Shown piece after piece: positions 50,081-64,000 of a DNA stretch of 64,000 bases. Numbering within the stretch: the first letter of the stretch is position 1; every line of letters begins with the position of its first letter. A program made the translations under genes and the position numbers. Source of the stretch: Camelus ferus (lineage: Eukaryota); the NCBI RefSeq assembly GCF_009834535.1, contig NC_045707.1:55616001-55680000 (forward strand). The letters run 5' to 3'. The notes below the pieces were generated by a model. That model worked only from the letters and a program-made list of their open reading frames with translations, did no database searches and had not been told where the DNA came from.

Positions 50081-52619
50081 TTTTGAGAGAATTAAAAGGC
50101 TCACACCTCTTTCAGACTGAAGTCATAGAAAGAAAGAGTGTGAGCTCAACAGCTATCCCCTGTTCAAGATTCATTTGTAGTTCAGAACACACTAGTTTTA
50201 CACATTTACTTCTCCAGCATTTTGGTTGGAGGTAAATAACTGTTCTTAAATTTTCAGAATTTTTTTTAACTACTGTAAGACATATCATCTCTGAACATGT
50301 TGTATACACACATAAGAACAAATCAAAACATGGTGCTAAAATAAAATGGTAATTGCTTGTGAGTGGGCAGAGAAAAAAAAAAATCTCCTTCACAGGACTC
50401 CAATTCATGAGATCTTTCTTTGAGTACAATTGAAAAAAGTCCCATTTATTCATTTTTTTGGAAAAGCAATGAATGAGAAAATTCTGTTGATGGGATGGCA
50501 AAAATGGAATTGTCACACTTTTCAAAACTTAATGCCTTTAGCATAAATTTTTCTCTGTCGTGTTGAATTGAGCAAATATGTTTCTTTCCACTCTTGCTCG
50601 CCAATTTCTTAGAAGTTATTTTTGGGAGAATCAATTCCAGTTTGATTGTTACAAAGCAAAATTTTAGAGATTGTCACAATAGCTTTTAAAGTGCTTATAA
50701 CGTTTTGGCTATTTTAAAATTACAGCTACATTTTAAGAGAGTTGAAATCTCTCCTGGCTTCTTTAACTGAGCAGAAATTCTAAGAGGGAACTGTGCTACA
50801 TTTTCCCTTCCTTCTCAGGGTGTTCATATTTTTTTTGTTTCAAGGGTTCACACAGAAGACACTGATTTAAAAAAAAACAAAAACAAAAACCTTTTGTGAT
50901 TAGCTGAGAAAATATCTTTAAAAAATCAACTTGGGGAAAGTTTTCTGTCCTCCAGCAAATGTCAACACTGAAAACTTGGCAGATGTCTAATTATTATTGC
51001 AGTTTTTCAAATAACTTTTTATGACTCACCAAGACTATGAAATCAGTTCCATTTAAAGACTTCTCCTATATTATTATGTCAGAATATCCTGATTTACATG
51101 CTATCTTCTGAGACTCACTGTGTTCAGTCTGCCTGTGCTGCAAACGTGGCAGTACATCTTGTTCTCATAACTCGCTCTTGCTCCCCTTCTTCCAGCCCTT
51201 CCTCCGTGCACTCATCAGGTCCTCTGAGGCAGTAAGTATCAGTTGTTCCCCTGAAGAGGTAAATAGAATAACCATATATCCAGGAACTCCCAGAACAGCT
51301 AATGTCACCACAGTCCATTTGTAATAAATGGATATTCAGCATTTTGATACTATAATGCCAAGTACAATGAGCGACGGAGTCTTTAGTCACTGATATCTGA
51401 TTAAAATATCCAAAAGTTATCCAACTCTAATGCTCAGTTCAGCAATTTTCCAATGTCTGAGCATTGTTCTCTGAAAGAATATATGCTTTTCGAAATACAA
51501 CTTATTAATGCAATTTAAATCTGCTTAAAATACACAAACTGTAAGGGTGACCAGTGGATTGTAAAACAGAGCTTGAATTTTCCTTCAAATATGTTATAAT
51601 CAAGTGGGAAAACAGAAGCGTTTTAAAGTGCTCTGCTTAAGGGAATTTAGCGGAAAAGATAAGAACCATGAATCCAACTACACCATATACTTGGTTATAA
51701 ACATCAGCGGAAGACTGTTCAGTTAGTTTAGGAAGTATTGAATCCACATGAGATCACTACCACAGAGGATCAGATTGTCAAATCTGACTTAAAGAATCAG
51801 AATTTTATCCATCCAAAATAATACCAAAAGGCTAAGAAGCAGCAACAAGAGAGTCAACACATTGAAAGCAGCTCCTTGGGTCCTTTCCTGTATCAGATCG
51901 GGTTTTGTTTTTGTCTTTGTTTTTTTTTTTTTTTTGGCCCGGAACATATGTGGTTGATAAGTGAGGTTCTTGGGTTTTTCACACAAGTAGAGGTGTTTCA
52001 GTTAGGTTTCAATTATGACACAGCTTCATTTTAGACCCCGGAGAAGTGCATGGCTTACTTGGCATTCTCCAGGGAGCAGTGCCTTCTAGATCCTGGGTTC
52101 TATTTCCTACAGGTAATTCTTTGCCAGAGATATCCTGCAAAGGCATTTCAGATACAAGGTTTCTTCTTCCTAGTAAATATTATCCGTCTGTTTACCCAGA
52201 GGGCCGGCTGACAAAACAATTAGACTAGGTCACCTGACTCCTTTTTTGTTCCTCTGGAGAAAAGAAGTAAATGTATAGCTGCCCAACTGTCTTAAAGTCC
52301 TTCTCCCAGGGATCCAGCCACGTACTACAGAGAGCCCAAATGCCCCAAATTAAATGATTTCTGAACATTCCCATCTCAACCCTGTGAGATTTAACTTCAG
52401 ACTCACAGGAGCATATGAATTATGATGGTACATCATGTAAAGTTTCAAATGCCCAAATCCACATAGCATATTGTAAACTAAATTAATTCAAAATACAAAT
52501 ATAAGGCATATCCATACTTCCTGTAACAAACATTACTTTCCAAAGATGGTTACTTTCATTATTTAGTTTTGTATTGAACAAGTAAATCTAAGTACAGATT
52601 GCCTGAAACTGTATAAAAC

Positions 52620-54010
52620 CTTGAATTTATAACAAAAAAAAATCCAAATGAGTTTCCTACCTTCATTAAGCTTATAATTTAAATGGCATAACTATAAACA
52701 AAAAATGTGGGAAAAAAACTGATGAGGGAAGCCTTCAGTGCTGTTGACAACCCACAGCAACAATGCTTAACTCAAATTTAATAACTGAGGGAAACTTTCA
52801 CAAGGAAAAGTTTACCTAAATAATTTGTAAAAGGAAACTGAAGGTTAGAGAAATCACTGTTCAGTTTCAAGAAAACAAAGGATGAAGAGCCTGGAGTTCA
52901 TAGAAACATGATGCATTTGAGAAACTGAAAGCACTTCAGTCTGGTACAAGACAAAGCTGGAGAACTGAGCGAGGGATTGATCAGGATGTTCTGTTAATAC
53001 ATTTGAATTTCAGTTTAAGCACAATTGGTTCCCACTGAATAATGCTATGGTATGATGCCTTTTGGAAATTCACAATCCAGAAAACAGGATGGGACAACAT
53101 TAAAGTTTAAGAAACAAATGTGGATACTGCTGCAGGAATCCAGGTGAGAGACAGTGGTAGCCTGAGTATGAGCTGTAGCTATGAGAAAAAGTTGACTGGG
53201 TTGACTGATCTGCGGGAAACTCAAAGCCAAGACACAGAGATTGAATGGAAATGAAGGATGAAAAAGAGGGAAGTCAAGTATAATACTAAAGCTTATGACT
53301 GGGGAACTGAGTAAAGGATTTGCCACTGACTGAGGATGAAAGCACAGGGAGAAGAGAGAATTGCAGAGAAAAACGGTAAGTTAATTTTGTTGAATGTTAA
53401 ATTTGAAAAGTCAAACTAACTACATGTAGTATTCTATAGGAAGTCGGATGACTAGACCTGATGCTAATGAGAAGTATCTCGTTGGAACTATGTATTTGGA
53501 AATCACTAGCATGGAGTTGGGAAATTAGAGTCATGAAGTTACATACAATTTTTTCGGGGGGATTTGCCCTCAACAGGGAGAAGAATGGAGCATAACACTG
53601 CACTATCAAGTGGAAGAACAGGTAAGGAAACAGGGTAAGAGCAAAGAAGAGAGAAAGAAACAAGTTAGTGTGGTGTCATGGAAGCCCAGAGTATAGAAGA
53701 GCTTCTTCAAGGGTATACTCAAGAACATTAAATGATGCCAAAAGGGGACTGAGAAATAGCTGTTGCATTTTCTAAAATGAATGTGGTATCTTTAACAACA
53801 GAAATATTCATGGAACACTGATGAACAGAAATTAGATGGCATTAAGAGAGAAATGCATTAGGAAGTTAACAAGCCAAGAAATTAAGTAGAGTAAACCAAT
53901 AAAGAAATAAATTAAAAAAATAATAAGTAGACAACTCTTTGAAGAAAACTGAACACAAAGAGAATTAGGGAGGTGACAGAAGGTATGCAGTATGTCAAAG
54001 AATGTCATTT
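52620..54010 (-). mobile_element. long L2 fragment
   Basis: Purine-rich L2 reverse-complement motifs 'gctgcaggaatccaggtgagagacagtggtagcctgag', 'gtgtggtgtcatggaagccc', 'gggactgagaaatagctgttgcatt'. Confidence 0.8.
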
Positions 54011-54849
54011 TATTTTGCTTAGTTTATTCAGTTGTATAATAAGAGAGACGGTCCTACTTACAGACTGATGCAAAGGAAAAAAGAAGCAGAGAAAGGAAAG
54101 AAAAAATAGAGTAAGGACTCCACAGAATATGGTTCCTAGGAAAACAAGTGGGTCGATTAGTCTTGGAAAGGAGAAGTGAAAATCAGAGAAGATGAGTGCG
54201 TTTGTCATTTAAATGGTGGAACAGAAAATTGCTATTTGATATATATATATCATCATGTTCTCATTAAAACAGGATATTATACAGCCATCGCCAAAATTGA
54301 AGAAGGGTTGGGGTTTGAGGAGAATGGAGAAAGTCTGACATCATATTTTGTGTAAATTAAGTAAAAAGACTGCTCACTTGAGAAACAAACAAATTTTGGA
54401 GACACTGAAGACGTGAAGTAGCCCACTGGTGGGATTAGGGAATACAGGGATTACTAATTCAAGAACAAGTCACTCCCTGGTGGGGTATTCCTCCCTGAAA
54501 CCACAAAAAGTTTCATTATTATATTTAAAACCTTACCTTGGAATAGCCCATTTCAATCAATTAGATAGCTCAGGAATTGCAATAATTAAAATAAATGGCA
54601 AGCTAGAGTTTGCCAGAAATACTCCTTAGAATTCTCCTGCCACCACAGGACAAGTGATATCCCACCATGATTTCCCACCGTATCGGATAATTCTATCAGA
54701 AACGTAGGCAATTCTTTCCCTTCACAAATTCCTAATATTTACCATGACCTTCTACATTTTAATCTGTGCCTCTTATCTGTTTTTCACCCCCCAAATTCGG
54801 AAATATGTAAACTCTTAGGTATTAAATGGTATTTACTTTGTTAAAGTTA

Positions 54850-55070
54850 AATACAGACTTTGACTTCAAAATGCCTGAGTTCAGACCCAAGCTCTGCCCC
54901 AACCAGTGGCTGATTTAGGCAAGTTGCTGACCTCCTCAAAATCTTATCCTCTCACTGTCAAATGGGAAGAATAATCTCAGAGGATACTGCAGCATTTAAT
55001 ACATCGAAGGATCTTAAATCGTTGCATAATACACAGTCAACTCTCAGTAAATGTAAATTATTATTACTTG
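54850..55070 (+). mobile_element. MIR
   Basis: 'gcctgagttcagacccaagctctgcc...tgatttaggcaagttgctgacctc...ctgtcaaatgggaagaataat'. Confidence 0.8.
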
Positions 55071-58000
55071 GCTGTATCTGGGGGATAGGACGGGGTTTTG
55101 TGTTACAGGCTGGCTTTCATCACTGTGTGCTCTTCTTCAGGGAATCTATTTTGATTTGGGGCACAGTTAGGTCCAGCCAATGTTCCACACTGTAATAAGA
55201 AACTGCCTTACCAGTTTAATAGGCTAAGACTTTGCAAAAAGGCTGATTATCAAGAAAACCAACAGTAAAAGTTCTGGAAAGTAGAGAAAGAAAAAAATTA
55301 ATTTTTTTAATTTCCATCCCATTTTAAAAATTAGATCCACCACCTATCTTTCTCTGGGACCACTGTTTTTGGACCAAAGACTATTTTCATGGGTGGTTTA
55401 AATAGCAAGCAGACCTTACTGACTCTAAAGGCTGGCAGACCTGGTAACGACTTTCAGAACGAGGCTGTGGTGCCTACTTGTCTGAATAATTTTAAGGACT
55501 TGGCAGATAATTCTCAAGGACTTTTTAATTGTAGTCTTCAGAAAGCCAGAAGACAGGCTAACGACCTTTGAAGCTTTCTTTCATTCTTGACTCTGTAACA
55601 GCAAATTCTTAGTTTACCCTAATATGATATATTTTACCTATAACGTGAATATGATTCATTCTAATTGGACATAGCATTACTGCCAAGGATGGCTGTGGAC
55701 AGCACTCCTTCCTGCCTTCCATTTAAGGCAGTGGCCCTGCCTGTTGTTTAAATTAGCCTTTCATGCAACCACTAACTCAAGTCCAGTGGTGATTCAAGCC
55801 AGAAACAGTAATTTTATTTATATGATGTCTTGCATAGAATGGAGGGCAAGCTAGTAAAAGAAAAACAAATCTGGGATGGACAATGAATTAAATCAAAGCT
55901 GCTCTGTACTCGGGACGTACTCCGCTGGGTCTATCTACAGAGGTTTATAACGACTCTGCCAATATTAATTATTCATCATGCAGCCTGCAATTTTCAGGGA
56001 ACACGGGCTAATGCTAGTAAATGTGATTCTCAGGGTAATACCTTCCAGCTGAATGATACAGAGCACAGCAGCTTCAGCTGTCATGTCACTAGTTGAAAAA
56101 AAAAAGCATTTTTAAGGCAGTATTTCAGTGGATAGAGTAAGTTCAGACAGTTCAAAAGTTCATAATAAGCGTACCTCACAGCTCTGTTCGAAATGGTGAA
56201 GGAAGGCTTAGGGAGGGAAGTACTTAGTCTAATTCCATTGGGATGGCCCAATATACACAGTGGATTAAATACAATTAGCCCCTGTCTACTTTAAGCTTTT
56301 TTCTTTTGCCTTATACCTATAAATGATTTCACGGACTGAAACTGCATTTCATATCAGATGTAAAATAGCAGACTTGTTGGCTGGGTTGGCAAAAAAACAT
56401 GTTGCCACTTATTGACAGGAAACGAAAAGCCTGTTTCTGTGAATGAAGTCATGAGTAATTTTGTTTGCTGGGAAGAAGTCAGTTTGAAAGTCGTATTAAA
56501 AAAGACTCAGGGTATTTGATGGATGTTAATAACAGCATGAGAAAAAGGCTCTTCCCAGTCATGTTTTATTTCTTTATTCTATCCTCAGGATCTTGCCTTT
56601 CAAAATGTGATACTATTGGTTTGAGCTGTGGAAAGGACTTTTCCCAAAGAGAAATGCCATGACAGCCTTGACTTTGTTCATTCAGTGAAATGCTATTTGG
56701 ACTGACTGTGTGAATCTATCTTTAGATATAGCATTTCTACAATGGAAATAATAATAATAGTAATAATGCTTTGTTTTCCTAACACACCATTTTTTACAAC
56801 TAATCATACTCAGGAGAGCTCTAAAGTATAAATAAGATGTTTTTGTTTTTAAATATCTCAAGTGACTGATGCTCTTCACTTAGGGTATTTCTGAAAATTG
56901 TTAAATTCTTGACTTTTTACATTATCTTACGATCACTCTCTTTATAGTTCGAGTAGCTGGCTGAAAATGTAAATGAAATTCATGTTATATTTCCTATAGA
57001 TGGCCTCTCACTCACCTTAACTGGATTAACTTATCATCAGGGAGATTCTACTCTTTGAGTCAAATTTGATTAAAATTTGGGATGTGAGGGATGTTATCCT
57101 CAGCCAGGACTAAAAACCTATTTTTGTGTAAAATACATCCTTGCACTTAAAACAGACATAAAGCCTGATTCTCTGGCATTATTATATATTAGAAAGATGT
57201 ACTACAAAATAAGGTTTTATCTAGAAGCTGGTGGTACGCATTAAGAAACATGAGTTAATAAGCTGAAAGGAATTTTTAAAGTTAATTAGAAATGTGTTCT
57301 TCATAATAAGATGGGAAGAAAGGAAACATTTGGGGGAGGAGCTTTAACTGTTTCTGAGTTTATTTCACAGAAAGACATAATTTTATAATCAGAACAGCCT
57401 TTAAAACTACTCCAATTAATCACTAAGACCTCTAAGTTAATCACAGAATTTTGGGACTGGAAATTTTCATATTGTCAAAAGATTTTTCAGAATTATTAAA
57501 GCTTGTGTTAAAGTAGATGTAGGAAAGGTAGATATGAATTGGCATCTTTTTTTAAAACTTTTTTTAAGATCAGCTTGCCCACTTCATAAGCACTTAAATA
57601 TGAAGGAAAAAAGACTTCCCTGATAATTACACAGAAAATGTGACAAGAGTTCTTGACTCTACGACCATCCAGACTTTCATATTCTGTAAAATTTAAACAT
57701 TTTGAAAATTCATATTCTTCATGTGTATGCAGATGGCTAAAAAGTTATGCAGAACAAAATGAAGAAACAGTCCATATTACAGGACTTGTGAAAATCACCG
57801 TTTGAGTTAAAGTATTTGACTTTGAATAATTTGAAACCTCCTACACTGACACGCCAGGTCAAAGTTATGATCAGGTAAGTGTTTCTCAATTACCATTGTA
57901 TTTGACCCCAAATTCATTTTCCTTATCTTGTTTCCTAAGCTAATATGCTGTCACTTACCTAGACATGATGAATATATGCAAGTAAGGCTGATCACTGAAA

Positions 58001-61000
58001 GCCAACCGAGAAACATTTATCTCCAAGATCCTTCTAAATATGGCAAAGATTAAAAAATACTTGTAATGCAGTTAGAACACTGTCAGTCGCAACCCAGAGA
58101 GGCAGACAGGGGAAGAGGGTACTTGGCCAGCAATCATAAGAAGATGCTCCCTCTTCAGCCTCTTCTGACCTCATCCCATTCCTAACCCTTAGCTCCTACC
58201 TTATTCAATATGCTGAGGCCTGTTTGCTCTTGTACATAGAGACATGGGTAATGCAAATTGCTCAAGCTGACAGCCCACAAAAGAACAGACTGGTGTCCAC
58301 TCTCCGTGAGGATCAGTGAGGTTAGCAAGTCATATTGTTCTCAGGTGAACAGTTGTTCTTCATATGTGTTGTGCTGCAAGTCCACTGCCAGAGGGGTATT
58401 GACACTGAATGCCGTGGAAATATTTTTTGAGACAAAGGGCTTTAGGTTATCTTTAAACATTGATAGAAAGAGAAAGAAATTTGAAAGTTTGTGTAGTGCT
58501 CCCAAAGAATGTCTCAGTCTTTAGTTTACTAACAGCTCAGGGGTATTCACTATAGCAAAAGAGGTGAATTACTGTGATTAACAACTACCTTAGTAATTCA
58601 CATTTATTGAGTACTTAAAATTCCTTTCAGCTATTTCATACATATTATCCTCTTGCACATCACAGATTATTAACAAATAAGTGTGTACATCAACTAGACG
58701 CATAAAACTGTGTTAAATTAAATAGAGAGTGTATCAAAGTAGATCATATAATCTACTCCCAAGGAGCTTCCATCTTCTTAGGGAGACAACAAAATATACC
58801 CATGGGGAAAGTTAATTAGCAGTCATATGTTAATACTGATGAGTATAAATGTTATTTCTTGTTCGGTCTACATGTAAACTTAAGATATAACTACTTTGCA
58901 GATACTAAGGTAGTTATTAATATTATACCTATGGGAGATTTAACATGCAGAAAGTACTAGGATTTACGTCATTTGTTTCAAACAATTGCCCCAAACTTAT
59001 TGTAGAAATTAGCAAGTAATTCTATTTTCTAAAAAGGGATATATATTTTTTCTGTCGCTCACTATCAGTGTTCAAGGATAATAATGCTATAATATACTAC
59101 CTGCATGCATATTTATACCTGAAAAAAGCCATTAGACAATTCAAGGTATTTCTATTAATATAGCAATGCTTATCTCTGGGACTCCCCCATTAAAAAAAAA
59201 ATACTGATTTCTTTCTTCATTAATTTTCAAGTTAACTCTTTGCAGGATTTTTTTCTTTCCCCCTTACCTCCCAAATAAATAAATCAAATTCTCATTTTTT
59301 TTTAATTGAAGCTCCTTCTGGGCTGCAGGCTTAGAGAGTACTATAGCTGATTTACTGGTTCCCAGACCCAACATACAACCTCTATCTGTTTTCTCCAACT
59401 ACTTTTTCTCCAACTGATGTCTACAGAGCACCTTTCCTGGAACCACATTTTTAACAATCCTGCTCCAGTTCTGAACACCAAACTGCCTTTCTCTGAAAAA
59501 TGTCTGAGGTCTGTACATGTAAGATAAGATAGTGGAAGATGACATAGTCTGTGCAATTTGTCCACAGAAATCTTTACCAAATGATCAATGACCACCTCTA
59601 ATGGAAATATGGTTTCAATTCTCCCTTTGACAGATGGTCTAGCCTACATTCCCGAGAGATATGTTTTGTCCGTCAACATTTTTTTTAATGTATATGCTGG
59701 TGTTTGGGGCCAGTTAAACAACTATATTACCCTGTTGGTGCTATCCCAAAGTACCACATCTGCTTGTGTTTTTTCCTATAAAGTGATATATAGAGTCCCA
59801 TACCGGAAAATATTTTCAACTCAGATTTCAATGTGGTAATTTCAAATCTAGAAAGAAAACATTAAAAAAAATTCAACATGCTTTTTTTTTTAACTACTAA
59901 GAGCCATTACACATCAACAGTTGTACAGAAAATTTAGTGTAAGTTGGCTTATTGTTTCAAAAGAACATAATGGCCCTATCTTTAACTTTGACGTAATTCA
60001 ATCAAAAGGGATTTGGAGTCATCCATTATGCTGTCAAAAATCACTTTCCTCCTACTGCCTCTCAGACCACAACACTCAAGTACTCAACCTGACAATCAAA
60101 CTAGCTAAATTAAGAATCAGATTCTGACTTAAGAGGATTCCAAAAATGCTACTGTCCTAGGATGGAAGGTAACAGTTACAAAGTATCTTCAAGTTATTGT
60201 TGCTGCCCTTCTAACTTTATCTTGCTTTATATTTCAGTGAATATAACTCGAAATATAGTCATTGAAATAGCTATGTATCACCTGCTTATCTGTCTGGAAT
60301 TTTGATTTCTCTCCCAGTTCCCAGCTGTCTAGACTTGGAATCCGCTCTTTGGTCTATTTTTTGGCAGTGACTTTTCTCTTACCTGGGAAAAGTTCAGAAC
60401 TGGAATTGGATTTTTGGAAATCAAAGTTAGATATGTGGTTTGCACTGTGCTCAATCATTATCAGATACAATGCAATTTCATTTAGGAAGCTAATTTAAAG
60501 GAGCAACATGGTAGTTTGTTATAAGTTATTTTGCTTCAGTGGTTCTCTGCATTTTTATTTAAACAGTGGATGGCGAACGGAATGGATGTGAAAAAAATGT
60601 GAACAGTTGAAGTAAATACAGTCTGGTGTTGATATAAAAAGAAAAATGAATATTTTTCAGAAAAAAACTTTGATGTAACCAAATGCTCTTTGTTCGATGA
60701 TATGTAAATCTTCCATAATACACATATGTATTTAAACCAAAACTTGAGCCTACGATTTTCAAATTAACACCTTTTTCTGAGTAAAGCATTTTAAATATTA
60801 TAAATCTATCTAGAGGAGGAACTTAATAAGCTTAATTTTTGCCTGTCCATGTGACTTTGGACCAGCAATTTATCTAAGCCTATATATACACATGTCTATG
60901 TATATCTTGGTTTAGCTTAGATATCAAAATTAAATCTCACAAATTTATTGCAATACTGACCCGATTCTTTAAGCCTGTCTTAACTCTCCTAGGATCAGCT

Positions 61001-61059
61001 CCTTGTCCTCAATGGTTCCCAGCCATGTAGTGAGAAACATATTAATTAATAAACTATAA

Positions 61060-61228
61060 CAATGGTTTCCCAAGTCTGGCTTTACATAAAAATCACCTGA
61101 TGGAGGTTCTTAAAAAGTATATTAAATGGTCAGTATCCACACCAAATGAGCTAAATCAGAATTTCTGCAAGGAAAAATCTAGATATCAATACTTTTAAGA
61201 GCTCTTTAGGCTTGAGAATCACTGGTCT
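61060..61228. mobile_element. MER5-like hAT-Charlie MITE
   Basis: 'caatggtttcccaagtctggctttacataaaaatcacctg...aaatcagaatt...ttgagaatcactggtcta'. Confidence 0.7.
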
Positions 61229-61344
61229 ATTCAATATACAGTTCTCGCAGGAAATATGATCTGCCCTCCAGGGCGTTATTAAATCCCTGAAAAGATAATA
61301 CAGTTGAAAAAAAAAAAGTCAGTGGCCACTGGGAGACAATTTTG

Positions 61345-61525
61345 ATAAAGCTGGCACTCTGGAGTAAAATAAATATGCATTCAATTTTGGGCTCTGCTGC
61401 TCACTAGATACGTGAGCAAGAGCAAGTAGCTGAACATCTCAGAGTCAACTGCTTCATCTGCAAAATGTTGATTTGACATCATAGTACTGCAAAAAGCTGT
61501 CATGAGAATTAAATGTCAGAAGGCA
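61345..61525 (+). mobile_element. MIR
   Basis: 'ggctctgctgctcactagatacgtgagcaagagcaagtagctgaacatctcagagtcaactgcttcatctgcaaaatg'. Confidence 0.7.
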
Positions 61526-61880
61526 TTAACCAGCAAATCAGAGACAGTGTAATGTCTATATTGTGAGTCAGCAAATAGTTGTAGTGAAAGGAAGATTTCA
61601 GGGAAGACTGTTAGGTGAATGGGGCGCTTAACAGGGATTAGGGAGTATGTGGAGAAATGTTATGTAAATTTAACTGTAGCTGTGCTAACAAAGAATTATG
61701 AATCAATAAGATTAACTGTAATGACCAATTAAGTGAAAGTACTTGCTATTTTAACAGAATTTACTCTCCTGGTTCAGGGTTTTATATATTGACTATGAAG
61801 CATATTTTTCTATGATTTTAATTGAGATATGTAAGTCTCCTTCTCGTACAAGGATAGAAATTCAGCCAAATGTTACTGAA

Positions 61881-61980
61881 AGGGTGACCAACCACCCTAA
61901 GGACTAAGGAGTTACCTAAGAAATGGGACTTCCAGTGCTAAAACCACAGTTATCCCGGGCAAACTGGGACTGTTACTCCA
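61881..61980. mobile_element. MER94-like hAT MITE
   Basis: 'agggtgaccaacc...gggacttccagtgctaaaacc...atcccgggcaaactgggac'. Confidence 0.6.
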
Positions 61981-63454
61981 GATGCTTATAATCACACTAC
62001 CTAACCTAATCTTACCTAACCCAGTTCTCTCTGTGTATGCAGCCCACTACCAGATCAGCTCTCTCCAGATCCTGGCTGTATATACTACCACTCAGTCACA
62101 CCTGTTCCCTGCTGACTTCCTCAACTGGGTTTTCTAGACTTTATAGTGATTCTTTTTATGATTCTTTCCTTTCTAAATTAAGTTGAATTTGTTTCTGTTA
62201 CTTGCAACTAAGAATCTTATTAAAACAGCCAAGGCAACAAGGAGAATTCTGAGACATTATAGTTGTTATGGATTTTCTCATCTTTTCCAGGACTGCAAGT
62301 ATGTTTTATGCAGCAGTGATGTCCGATGGGGTCCTTGCACATAGTAGATGCTAAAAAAGCAGCTGTTCAATGACTAAGTAAATTCTCTCATTCAGGAAAG
62401 TTGATACCCACTAGCGAGTATGGGAACCAGTCTGTGATACAGCTTCATCATGGGGAAAATCAGGAACAGAGATCCTGGAAGCAGCTGGAGAAACTCATTA
62501 TGTACTTAAATACTAGTTGGGGAAAAAAAAAATCTGAAGATTTAGAAATGGTCATGGAAGAAGGAAACAAAATGGCCCCGTAAGTAAAAAAGCTGTGTGT
62601 TTCCAGGTGTTAGAAAGATTACAGGAGTGAGGAATAGCTAAGAAAATCAATGCAGCAAAATTTTCAAGTCATGGTTCTATGATTAGTTAGAACACTCAGT
62701 AAATACATCTCTCCACCTCTGCAGAATATTATCTTATGGTCAGTGCCCACTGAAATACATTTAGCCCCAACTCATTATTTTTACCTTGGGGGAATCTTGC
62801 CTGGCCCTCCACACTGCTCTATCTTTTTCAAACTTATTTCTTCTCAGCCTATTCGTTTTTGTAATGTTACGGTCCAATGTCTAATCGAGGCTCGCATTTG
62901 TCAGGTCACTTTTATTTTTAAGCTCAACCTTTCAAAGTAAGAATGTCAGGGTATTTTCATTTTTAACTTCTTTCAAGGTTCACAAACTACTGGGAGTTTC
63001 TGGATTCTTTTCTCCTTGGAGAGTTTATTTTTAATTTACTCATCTTGTTTTAATTAAAAATGCTCATATTTTTTCAAAAAATTGGACAGCGTATCTCTCA
63101 GTAGTTAGCCCAATAAAATCAAGAAATCCAAGTATTCATTCCTTTCCCCTTCAAAGACTGAAAAACAGTACAAACAGCAAATGTGGAGTCCAAAGATGCA
63201 ACTATTGGCATTAGAGAGGAGTGTTAGATTTTAAGGGACAGGCAGCCGAAAGTGTGCATATGGAAACTAAGAACATATTCTGTATGTTACTTTATCAATA
63301 AGATATCACAGTATTAATCCAATCCAATCACTGTATTACCCCAATGAATTATCATATATTTACCCTGGATTTAAAGTAATCTATATAGCCACTAGTTTGC
63401 TTATTCAAAATTAATAGTCTCCTTTCTTCTCTCCTTCTTTCTTTCCTTCCCTAA

Positions 63455-63980
63455 CAACTCAGACAAAGAGCCATTAGGGAGTCCCGATCAAGGAAGGAGA
63501 AAAGCCTGACAGGGGTTGAGGCCATGGGAACTTCCAAGGGGAATACAGTCCACTGGGATTGGGATTGGAGAATTGAACAAATAAATTGAGTTTTCTCACT
63601 GAAAGAGAAAGAAGGCCTAAGTACAAAAAGAGGGAGCCCAAATGATACCTAGATGTGTATCACTGGCTCCGGAAAGTGCGAGGGTCTGGGAACAGTGAAA
63701 CCCGCTAGCAATCAGCACACGTACCCCTAAGACCTGCTAGGGCTCCTTGGATTAAAGAACTAGGGCAAGAGAATTACAAAATAAGCCTGAAAAATGTTGC
63801 ACCAGAAATTATGAAAATGCACAAAGAGTGATGGAATCAAGTCAGACAGACACAAAAGCTAGCTTGTCCCCATTCGCATAATCTGGGAGAATTTTGTATC
63901 AAAAGACCTACTGACAGTAACAAATTATATCCCACTGAATAAAATAAGAATCCATAAGTCCACACAGAAATAAACAGACA
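63455..63980 (+). mobile_element. L1MC3/L1MD-like 3' UTR fragment running into (GATA)n at window end
   Basis: 'gggtctgggaacagtgaaacccgctagcaat...gaactagggcaagagaattacaaaataagcctg...cccactgaataaaataagaatccataagtccac'. Confidence 0.7.
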
Positions 63981-64000
63981 GATAGATGGATAGATAGATA

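Noticed and set aside
57733..57874. + strand coding exon ending CAG|gtaagt
   Set aside because: Stops occur in every frame from the plausible acceptors.
57959..58016. KITLG exon (shared LTCIY motif)
   Set aside because: The surrounding residues and exon structure do not match KITLG.
1..64000. ORF-track ORFs as genes
   Set aside because: All are 158 aa or shorter, many lie in repeats, and none resembles a cellular protein I recognise. The only recognisable peptides are L1 ORF2 and ERV-L pol remnants.

Overview
AT-rich, CpG-depleted mammalian genomic DNA, most likely camelid (camel, llama or alpaca). That call rests on a vic-1-like tRNA-derived SINE and young L1 3' ends of the cetartiodactyl/camelid type; I saw no Alu, Bov-tA/BovB or PRE1. 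I could not identify a protein-coding gene, so the window reads as a large intron or intergenic DNA. A large share is recognisable transposon sequence: MaLR and ERVL LTRs, L1, L2, L3/CR1, MIR, hAT and Tigger. The best-supported structure is a decayed ERV-L provirus at about 27.4-31.6 kb (gag, RT, integrase, dUTPase, LTR33-like LTR). It was later hit by an MLT1 solo LTR (5-bp TSD GGATT) and by a young 5'-truncated L1 (15-bp TSD). Less certain observations are several consensus-flanked candidate exons and microexons, one encoding a signal-peptide-like stretch; a 36-bp near-perfect palindrome; a 22-bp triple tandem repeat; and a CpG-retaining segment near a CRE. Repeat family names come from recalled consensus similarity, not a search, and most boundaries are approximate. 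I found no convincing novel biological system.
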